A stretch of DNA of 64,000 nt from the human T2T-CHM13v2.0 reference genome, Homo sapiens: assembly GCF_009914755.1 (NCBI RefSeq), contig NC_060930.1. One strand, given 5' to 3'. Below are positions 53,398 to 64,000 of the stretch, piece by piece. Below the pieces are notes generated by a model. That model searched no databases, was not told the DNA's origin, and worked only from the letters and a program-made list of their open reading frames with translations. Position 1 is the stretch's first letter. Every line of letters begins with the position of its first letter. Made by a program: the position numbers and the translations under genes.

Positions 53398-54944
53398 TAA
53401 TACATATTCAATATTCATTGAATTATAACATTCACTGAATTGCAATATTTTTTCTCATTGTTCACTCTGTTTTCCGATTTTTCACATACCCATCCACATC
53501 CCCAATGCTCACAACTAGCCGCAACATGAATACTTTAAATCAATGAAGTCCCTGAAATAAAAAATTATGAATAATCATTATTTTTGTCGTTTTTGTCATT
53601 GTTTACATCTAGTGAGACAGAATTCTTTATTACCAAATTCTGTTCACGTTATAGCCACTTCCTTCTCTGAAACTTCATTATCACCATTATAGCTTCTGGT
53701 ATGATCAGCTAATCTCACCATTACAAAAGTCACTTACCTGATCCTCCTGAAAAGTGTCTTGACCTAACCCTAATACAAAGCATTAATTTTTTAAGTTTTC
53801 TTTTATGGGAAATTATTTACATTTAATTATAACACACATATAGTAAAATGTACATATCATCAATACACACTTCCACGAAGTTTAACAAAATGAATTAATA
53901 CATATAACCACCATAGATCAAATAAAATATTTAAACTTTCAGATAGCCATACTAATGGCCTAAATGCAAATCTCTCTGCATAGTATTTCAAAAACTGTAG
54001 AGATGAACCGCAAGAACAAAATGAACACACATTCTACATCTTCAGCATAGCTAAAAGATAGAAAACACTGAGAATTTAAGAATTAATTTAAATAGAAAAA
54101 ATAAACAGTTTCCAGTAGAGCTTTTCCTTGCACTCTTACCACAAGCATTTGATCAGTGTTCAGAGTAATATTTATATCCATGTTTATATCAGTAAAAATA
54201 TAAAAGAATGATAATAAATGAACCACAAGTCTAACTCAAAAAGCAAGACAAAGAAAATGATATAAGTATAAAGAAATCATAAATAAGGAAACAAGAAAAA
54301 CACAAATGATTATACCAATCGATAAACCCAAATTTTAAAAAGCCAATTTAATCAAGAATAAAAGATAGAAACACACAATATAAAAGAAGAAAAGAAAGGA
54401 TGGGAGAAATATAATAATATAGATTCTTTACTTTTAAATATGCTTAAACAACTAAATACAGTCAATTATTTCTTTGGAAAATGCAGTTTATCAAACTTGA
54501 TTTTATGAAAGAAAGAAAACTTGCACATGCCAATTTTGGCTAAAGAAATAAATCACTGTGCAGAAACTATAGTACATCTCCTCAGTGGGGAACCACACAG
54601 ATGTAGAAACCATGAGGAAGATCTTCATGAACTGAAGTAGAGTGAGTTCATAAAAAGCAAAAAGTATATCTAGTTTTCTAACTTTTAGGTAAGAATAAAG
54701 CAGAAATATAAAAATACAAACGTAACTATTATGCAAAGAGAAACATAGGAAGCATAGATTAGAAATCAGTAGATCAATGGATGGGAATGAGGTTGAAGGA
54801 ATCAAGAGAGTAACTACAGAGTTTGGTTTTTTTTTCAGTGTGGCTTTAAATTTTTGAACCATGTTAATGTTTTACAAAAAATAAAAATCAAATGAAAAGA
54901 AAAATTTCTATCATAGAATATGAACGGGGCTAAACAAATATGTT

Positions 54945-55145
54945 TATCCTTGATTCTGTTAATGTCATGTATCGTGTTTATTGATTTGCATATGTTGAAT
55001 CCTCCTTGCATCACTGGGATGAATTTCACTTGATCCTGATGAATGACCTTTTTAATGTATTGTTGAATTAGGTTTGCCAGTATTTTGTTGAGGATTTCTG
55101 CATCTATGTTTATCAGTAATACTGGTCTGTAATTTACTTTTTTTT
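54945..55145 (-). mobile_element. L1 ORF2 (RT N-terminal) fragment
   Basis: [56 protein letters not shown] is the L1 RT motif. Confidence 0.9.
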
Positions 55146-55364
55146 TCGTCTTTGACTCTGATGAAGATCTGTTTGTGTTTTTAAATATTATAATAGCATA
55201 ACTTTGTCTCTTCATTCAAATACTTACGCTTTATGTTTATTTTTCTTATCTTCTTTAACTGTTTGAAATTTTTAGTACAGTTTCGAATAGAAGTGTGAAT
55301 TGAAGGCATCCTTGTCTTTCTCAGTTACAAAGGGAATTCTCTCGACATTTCACAATTAAATATA

Positions 55365-55730
55365 CAGATGTTCGTCATCTTATGATGGGGTTATATCCTG
55401 ATAAACTTATCATAAGTTGAAAATACTGTAAGTCAAAAATGCATTTGTTACACATGACCTGATAAATATCATAACTTAGCTTAGCCTACCTTCAGTGTGC
55501 CCAGAACACTTATATTAACTCACACTTGGGCAAAATCATCTAAAGAAAAGCCTATTTTATAATAAAGTGTTAAATGTTTTATGTATTTACCGAATAATGT
55601 ACTAAAAATTGAAAAATAGAATTGTTGTATGGGTGCCCAAAGTATAGTTTCCACTAAATGCATAATGCATGTGCACCATTGTATGTGCCAAAAGTCATAA
55701 ATAGCAACATTGTAGGTCAGGGACCACCTA
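55365..55730 (+). mobile_element. MER47A (TcMar-Tigger) MITE
   Basis: CAGATGTTCGTCATCTTATGATGGGGTTA...TTGGGCAAAATCATCTAA...AAAGCCTATTTTATAATAAAGTGTT...GGGACCACCT, with TA on both sides. Confidence 0.85.
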
Positions 55731-57721
55731 TATTGGATTTGCTATTGGTTATTTTTATACAATGTATTTTAAAGTTAAGGAAGTACTCTCATTCCTAGTT
55801 TTTTGATATTTTTAAAGTGCACATATTAAGTTTTTAATACTCCGTTTATCTATTATTAGATGTTTTGTAGAATTTGTTTATGGAATAATGACATTAATTA
55901 ATTTTACTCATCAATTTAAAGTTACTTCGTTGGATACCTAATTTGGTCCTGATGTGTTTACATTTTATACATATATCTTTGTATGTTTGGTTTGATAATA
56001 TTTTCAAATATTTTATTTATTCTGAGAAAATTGGGCTATAATTTTACTCATCTATGGACTTTATCTTTTATTATTTTCTGGAAGTTTTCTCTATGGTTGA
56101 AATGTTCTTTTACTTGCATGTTGCTAGAACACACATCTGTCTTCTTTGATGCAATAGTTGGTGTGGTGTTTCAATTTCTTTTATGGTTATAGGCATGACT
56201 CGTATTAGCTGGTACACACTACTGTGACTATATTGGTTTTTGATAGCCAGTGTTCTTTGTGATTATCTAAGTGCCCATGTGGCTAACCTTCTAATTGGTT
56301 GATAGCTGTGCTATATCAGTTGTTAAAATATTTTTTAATATTTCTGTGGGTTATAAGACTATAACTGCATAGGGCTGATTTAATAGCCCTTCTCTGGTCA
56401 TGGCAGATTAACATTATTGGCCTCTTCAAAATCCCTTTCCTGTATCACACATTTATTTTCATTTACTCCTATTCCCCTCCCTTTAGAGGAAACATTCTAA
56501 TGCATTTAATGTGTACTTATTTGGTTTTCTTTATTGCTATAACTAATTTTGAATTGTTTTATATGCATTTTTAATTTACATAAATTCTATTGTCTTACAT
56601 GTCTTATTAAGTATATCTCTTACTTACTCCATTCATCACCATACCTTTAAGACCCATCATTCTTCATGCGCTTTTGGGCACGTTAACCTTGTTGCTTGTA
56701 ACTGTGTTGCTTCGAGGTCCTGAACAATACTCTAGGTGTGGATTTATTGCATTTTACCTACTACAGTTCAAGCAATAGTCCCCCAGTTTGCCTGTAACAT
56801 TCTACTACCACAAATAATGATGCAATAATCAAGCATCTTCCTACCTGTCCCTCGATACAGCTCTGTAAGACTTTCTTTGGGATATATACTCTAAAGAAGA
56901 ACTGCAATGTCATAACAAATGGGTACAAATTTGATCACCCGATGCCAGATTGCTCCAGTGAATGCACAAGCCTGCCTTCCTACAAGGAATGCAAAAAGTT
57001 TACTATATCCCCATGATATTACTACCATGGAGTATTATTCAACTTTCTAGTCTTTAACATTCTAAGAGATGTAAAATAATATCATATTGAGTTTGCTTTT
57101 GCTATTTTGTGCATGACAAATAGTTTTTTATATTCAAGCAACTACTGGTAAATTAAATATAAGATTGAATAAATACTTGAATTCTATCATCTAATAAGAT
57201 TTACTATGTGAACTTAAAGACAGTAAAGTCAAAAAGAACTATACCAATAACATTGTTTTAACTCTTATATGGGAGGAAATATTTTAAGTATGGTTGTTGA
57301 TTCACATAGTGTACAAATAACATTTTAGTAATTTTTGATAAAAAAGTCTCTCACCTTAAGAAAGCATTAGCAAAATGTAACATTCAACTATATATTTATA
57401 TATGTATATATGAATACGTGTGTATATGCTTAATATGTGTGTATGACCTAGTTGAGGAGTACTTTTATATACAATTCTGTTTTAGCTACAAAGAAAACAG
57501 ACAGCTTGTACCCAACAAATTTATCATCAGTATGATATAAGTAGTTAAGAAGAATAAATTTTTGGACGAACTTTAAATGTATACAGAGAAACTGGGTTCT
57601 TTAGTCTCCAAAAAGTGTGCCACTGCTATGCCTCATACAGTCAATTACATACCCATGCTCTGTCCCAAAGTGTCAGAGTCTCCCACAAGAGCAATAGTAA
57701 CTGAGAAATTCCAAAATCAGG

Positions 57722-58298
57722 CTGTAATAGTCAAGGTTCAGTTAGGAAGACTGAACCACGGTAAGTCTTATGGAACAAAGGAATGATTATAGAAATAGAG
57801 AAAAAATGGAAACCAAGGTTTAATATAGGGAGTTCAAGGATCAAAGTCACTGACCAGTCCTCCTGAGGCCACACATGTTTAGCCATGAGAGTGGTGCTGT
57901 AAAGGAAAATCTGGGCAGAGTGTAAGGAAACCTAATGCCTCTCTTTCTAGCTCAGGGCCTGCAATCATTGTTGGGCGGCTGTGGCAGAAATTAGGATGAA
58001 TACTGAGTGAGTTCTTGCTCTCTTGGTTCCTTCGAATGCTGTTTTATAAAAAGAGCCTGACACCTCCCTCTCTGTTATTTCCTCTCTCAACGTAGGATCT
58101 CTCACACATCAGTTCCCCTTCACTTTTCACCATGAGTGGAAGCTGCTTGAGGGCCTCACCAGAAACTCAGCAGATGCCAGCAGCATGATTCTTGTACATT
58201 CTGCAGAACCATCAGCCAAATATACACCTTTTCTTTGTAAATTACCCAGCCTCATGTATTCCTTCATAGCAACACTAAATGGGCTAAGACAGCTGCCA
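57722..58298 (-). mobile_element. Old ERV-L 3' LTR, partly replaced by an MST LTR
   Basis: Minus strand shows PPT GAATTGACAAGAAGTGGA, then TGTGGCAGC...CTGAACCTTGACTATTACA. Confidence 0.6.
58003..58291 (+). mobile_element. MSTB/D-type LTR, 3' portion
   Basis: GAGGGCCTCACCAGAA...GCAGATGCCAGCAGCATGATTCTTGTACA...AAATTACCCAGCCTCA...GGGCTAAGACA. Confidence 0.82.
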
Positions 58299-60090
58299 CA
58301 TCCACTTCTTGTCAATTCGGCATTCCATACCACTCCTTGTCCAACTGAAGACAATAGCAAAATCATACACACCTATTACAGTTATCCTTCATAATATAAA
58401 AGCCACAATAGCCCTCTATCCATCCTCAATTGGGGACTGACTGTGTGCACGTGGCACACACACACACACACATAAATATAAAATTGAAAAATAAATATGA
58501 TTCATTTCAGTAATGAGTCATAGAGCGGTATTTGATATTTGTAATTTCCAGTTTATACCTACTCCATTATTTCTTTTTCCATATAAATCATTTGAACTGT
58601 TCATGATTACTTGCCTAATGGAATAATGCAAAACTTTTATTCCTTAAGGATCTATGACATTAGTAGTTCCTTGCCTGTAAGAAATGTTGTCATTTTCTAT
58701 TAACTTTTCTCATAGAATATAATAATTTTAAGACATTGCTATGCATATTCCTTGTGCTACAAACTGCTCTAGTCTCCCAATTCTGTAAAAGTAATACAAT
58801 TTTCACTTGACAGTCACAATCAATTATACAGTCATCAGATTAACCACCTTCTTTACCTATTGATTCACTGGTATAATAATTTTAAACTGGTTAAGTGAAG
58901 TCTTAAATTTTAGTTTAATGGAATCATTGCTGTGGCCCTGGTGCAAGCATTGCCCTTTTGGGAATAAGTTCTATGAACCGGCAAGGCCCAAATTTGAAGG
59001 GACAAAAGCCAAAGTTTTGCTCATGGATTATTAGAGTTAATAATGACTGAAAATATTCTCTTTTTGTCTTTTGAGTTTCAGACTTGTACATCTTTTCTAG
59101 GAAAAAATAGTAAAATATATTAATTTCTAATATTTAGCATATATCTTGGATCATACTACCCAGCCTTTCAATGTGTTGTCATCTAGATGTTGTAATAACT
59201 AAGTCTTCAAAATACTTTCCAACCATTCTATCAGGCAACCTGCTTCAGAGTTAGGGGAAATGTGGAAGGACCAGTAAATAAAATGCACATTACTGAGCCC
59301 GTGTGTGACCTTCATTTCAACTGCCATGCCATTTTGTCATGAGACCTTTAAGAACAGAGGTGTCTGAGCAAAGAGTCTCGCCAATGTCCACAGAACAGAT
59401 TATTTTCTCTGATTGAAAATTAAGATTCTACTTTTAGATATTGTAGTTTGTTGACCATTTAAAAAGGACACAGATATTTCCCCTCTTTGACTATTTAAAA
59501 ATACCTGTGCACATAGCTCCTCTCTAGCCTCCCCTTGTCACTCATTTTCTGCTGTTTCTTCTAAATCTCAGGCTATTCAGTCAAACCATTAGATACTTTC
59601 TCTGAATAGCATAGAGCCGTAACTCTAACCATCTCTACTTTCAGGCAAAATGGACTATCAAGTTCATGGCATATTTCTGTCGATTATGTTACTTTCCTAT
59701 AACCACTGTCTTTTACGATTAATTCTCATAAGAACCGTTGTGTTTTTCTATTCACATCTGAATGGAGACTGCAGGTTGTGCAGAACCATATATAAATCAG
59801 GCCCAGTGTTCCAGATCCTCAGTCAACAGGTCACAAAGAACTCTCCTTGAGGTTTTAGGCGTTGGTTGCAAGAAAGGAGGCAACGTAACTGAAGTAAGGT
59901 GTATGAGAATATGAGTCACCTGCTCATGTGATGTCCTTGTGCCTTTGGGAATTGCTGGTGCCCAGACTAGTATCTAACACTTCATGTGTTGGTGGGGTTT
60001 TGCTGTGCATAGCCAACTTTAATGCTTGGTAGCTCTTATTATATCTAGTTTGTGACAAGCATACTGGGTTCCATGGTAACTTGGAGATGT
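58299..60090 (-). mobile_element. Ancient ERV-L internal (pol/dUTPase) remnant
   Basis: Minus strand near 58880-59060 gives NSNNP*AK...AMIPLN*NLRL, homologous to ERV-L TPSDPLAK...IPLNWKLRL. Near 60000-60090 it gives QVTMEP...SIKVGYAQQ, homologous to QVTMRP...SHKVGRAQQ. Confidence 0.7.
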
Positions 60091-60094
60091 GTGT

Positions 60095-61290
60095 CTTCTT
60101 TTTTATTTTTGTTAGTCTTACTATAGGTTTATTAATTTGTTAATACCAAAGTTATCAAAGGGAAAAGATTAAAAATATAGGTTTAGTAAATTTGTTGATG
60201 TTTTTAAATAATCAACTCTTGATTTCATTAAACTTTTTCTATTCTTTTCCTGTTTTCGTTTTGTTTCTGCTCTTTGTTGTTTTCTTCCTTCTGTTTGATT
60301 TGGATTTATTTCGCTCTTCTTTTGCTATTATCCTGAGGAAAAAAACTTAAATTACTTAAGATTTTTCTTTGTTTCAAATGTAAATATTTAGTGCTATAAA
60401 TGTCCCTCTCAGCATTGCTTTGGCTATGATCCACAAACTTCGATATATAATATTTTCATTCATTTCTATGTATTTGTAAAAAATTTCTTTTGTGACCTCC
60501 TCTTTGACCCATGGATTGCTTAAGAGTGTGTTATTAAATTTCCAACTGTTTGAGGATCTTCTTGTTTTATTTCTGTAGTTAATTTCTAGTTTGACTCTAT
60601 AATGGTCAGGAAACATTTCATATGATTTCAATTTTTTTTAGTTTGTTAAGGTGGCTTTATGGCTCAGAATATGGTGTATTTTAGTACATTTTCCATAGGT
60701 GCTTGGAAAGAAGGTATAGTTTCCTGCCATTGCCTAAAGTGTTCGATTTACATTCTGTTGTTTCATTGCATTATTCATTTCTTCCATATATTTACTAATT
60801 TTCTGGCTAGTTTTTTTTAATCAAATGCTGAGAATGGGATGTTAAATTCTTCAGTATAATTACAGATTTGCCTATTTCTTCTTTAATATATATTGGTTTA
60901 TATTTCGTGTATTTTGTTTCATGAATTCTGTTGTTTGTTACATACACATTTAGGATCATTATTTCTCCTTGAGGACTTATCTTTTTATCATGTAATGTCC
61001 CTTTTTGTCTCTAGTAATTTTATTTGCGCTGATGTCTATTTTATCTGAGATTAATAAGCTACTGGTACATTTTAAAGTTTACATTATCTGTCTTTTTTGC
61101 TTTTATAATTTATGTCTACCTATGTTATTAAATTTGCAGTATATTCTTATATATAGCATATAGTTGGGGTTTTAAATAAATCCACTCTGTTAATCTCTCT
61201 TTCAATTGTTGTATTTAGACTATTAAAATTTTAAGTAATGATTAATATGTTAGACATTACATCATCTATTTTTGTTTTCTGTTTTTTCTT
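60095..61290 (-). mobile_element. L1M ORF2 endonuclease-region fragment
   Basis: ORF 60374-60631: FPDHYRVKLEIN...WKFNNTLLSNPWVKEE...AKAMLRGTFIALN. Confidence 0.85.
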
Positions 61291-61316
61291 TATTATTATT
61301 ATTTTCTATTGATATA

Positions 61317-61677
61317 CATATTAGTCAGTTCTCACACTGCTATAAGGACATACCTGAGACTGGGTAATTTAGAAAGGAAAGAGGTTTAATTGACTCACAC
61401 TTCTGCATAGCTGGGCAGGCCTCAGGTAACTTACAATCATGGCAGAAGGGGAAGCAAACACATCTTTCTTCACATGGCAGCAGCAAGAAGAAGTGCCAAA
61501 CAAAGGAGGAAAAGCCCCTTAGAAAATCATCAGATCTTGTGAGAACTCACCCACTATCATGAGAACAGCATGGAGGAACTGCCCCATGATCTAATCATCT
61601 CCCAAGAAGTCCTGTCCCCAACACGTGGGGATTACAACTCAAGAGATTTTGGGTGGGGACACAGTAAAACCATATCA
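61317..61677 (-). mobile_element. THE1C/D- or MSTA-type solo LTR
   Basis: TATTAGTCAGTTCTCACACTGCTATAAGGACATACCTGAGACTGGG...AACCATATCA; perfect TSD ATATA. Confidence 0.92.
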
Positions 61678-62398
61678 ATATATAATACATGTACATATTT
61701 TGGAGATACATATGATAATTTTATATAGTCATATACTGTATGAAGTTCAAATCAGGGTAATTAGGATATCCATCACCTTAAATATTAATCGTTTCTTTAT
61801 GCTAGGAATATTTGAATTATTTTCTTCTAGTTATTTTGAAATGTACAGTAACGTTAACTATAATCTCCTTACTAATCTATAGAACACTAGGTCTTATTTG
61901 TTCTATCTAACTATATATTTTTACCCATTAATCAACAGCCTCTCTTCAACTCCTCCCCTCCCCCTACCATTCTTTGGCTTCTGGTAACTATTAATTTTCT
62001 GTCTTTCTTCATGAGATCCACTTTTTAAGATATCACATATGAGTGAAAACATGTAATATGTATATTTTTGTGCTTGGCTTATTTCATTTAACATAATTAC
62101 TTCCATTTCCATTCATATTGATGCAAATGACAGTATCTCATTCTTTTATAATGCTAAATAATATTCCATTGTGTGTATATACTCCATTTTCTTTATTCAT
62201 TCATCCACTGATAGGCACTTTAGTTCATTCCATATTTTGGTTATTATGAAGTTTTTCAGTAAACATGGAAATGCAGATATATCTTTGATATGTTGATTTT
62301 CTTTATTTTAGATATATACCCAGGAGTGGAGTTGCAAAATCATATGGTAGTTCTACTTTTAGTTTTTGGAAGTACCTCTATACTGTTTTCCATAGTGA

Positions 62399-62783
<385 letters not shown>

Positions 62784-64000
62784 TGTTTGTTGTTGGTTTT
62801 TTGTTTTTGAGACAGTGTCTGGCTCTGTTGCTCAGGCTTGATATTCCATTTTAAATAAAAGCCATTTTAACTGGGTAAGATGTGGTTTTTATTTGCATTG
62901 GTAATATTGAACATTTTTAACATATCTGTTGGCCATTTTTATGTCTTCTTTTGAGAAATGTCTATTCAGATACTTTGCCAATTTTTTGATCCGTTTTTTT
63001 GCTATTGTTTGGGTTCCTTATATATTCTAGTTAGTAGTCGTCAGATAGTTGCCAAATATTGTCTCTTCATTCTGTGTCTTCACTTTGTTGGCTGTGTCTT
63101 TTGCTGGGTGGATGCTTCTTCACTTGATATAATCCCATTGGTCTATTTATGCTTTGGTTGCCTGTGCTTTTGAGGTCTTACATACAAACCCTTCCAGACC
63201 ATTGTCCTGAAGAGTTTCCCCAAAGTTTTATTTTAGTTGTTTCATAGTTTGGGGTCTTATATTTAAGTCTTTAATCCATTTGAGTATGATTTTCATATGT
63301 GGTGAAAGATAGAAATCTAGTTTCATTCTTCTAGATGTGAATATCAGTTTTCACAACACCACTTATTGAAGAGACTCTTTTTCACCAATGTATGCTCTTG
63401 GCAACTTTGTTGAAAAGTATTTGACTGTAAATGCATGGATTTATTTGTGGTTCTCTAGTCTGTTCCATTGGTCCATTTGTCTATTTTTATGCCAGTACCA
63501 TGTTGTTTAGGTTGCTATAGCTTTGCAGTACATTTTGAAGTCAGGCATTGTGATGCCTCCAGCTTTGTTCTTTTTGCTCAGGATTGCTTTGGCTATCCAG
63601 GGTCTTTTGTGTTCCATATAAATTTGAAGATTTTTTTTTATTTCTATGAAGAATATCACTGGTATTTGGACAGAAATTCATAGAATCTATAAATTGCTTT
63701 GGATAGTATTCCCATCTTGACAATATTATTTTAATTCGTGAGCATGGAATATGTTTTCTCTGGGTTGTTTCAAATTTTTTTCATCAGTGTTTATTATGGT
63801 TTTCTTGTATAGATTTTTCACTTCTGTGGTTAAATTTATTTCTAGATATTTGATATTCTTTGTAGGTATGGGATATACTTCTTGATTTCTTTTATAGATT
63901 CTTCATTGTTAGCATGTATAAATGCTACTGATTTTTGTATATTGATTTTAGTATCCTGCACCTTTGCTGAATTTATTTCAGTTCTAACAGTTTTCTGGTG

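Overview
This is AT-rich, CpG-poor catarrhine (most likely human) intergenic or deep-intronic DNA, much of it decayed transposable elements. The classes present are Alu (J/S/Y), L1 (PA/PB/MA-ME), L2, MIR, MaLR LTRs (THE1, MST, MLT1), ERVL/MLT2, an ERV1-type LTR and hAT/Tigger MITEs. I see no intact protein-coding gene, RNA gene or CpG island, and almost all listed ORFs are read-throughs of repeats. Two gene-derived relics are recognisable: a near full-length RPS3A processed pseudogene (about 28.03-28.83 kb) and an ~85-bp 3'-end-only RPL23A retrocopy (about 2.33-2.41 kb). The most unusual structures are: (i) an ~8.6-kb nested insertion whose outer element has an MLT1A-type 5' LTR but an ERVL dUTPase region and an MLT2-type 3' LTR, inside what looks like one target site; (ii) an AluY carrying an internal inverted copy of itself, a template-switch hairpin; (iii) a tail-to-tail Alu pair about 60 bp apart; (iv) divergently oriented MLT2A and THE1 LTRs, with DUX4 motifs in the THE1 LTRs. 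I found no convincing novel biological system. Repeat subfamily names come from remembered consensus sequences and need RepeatMasker/Dfam confirmation. Boundaries of old elements are approximate.
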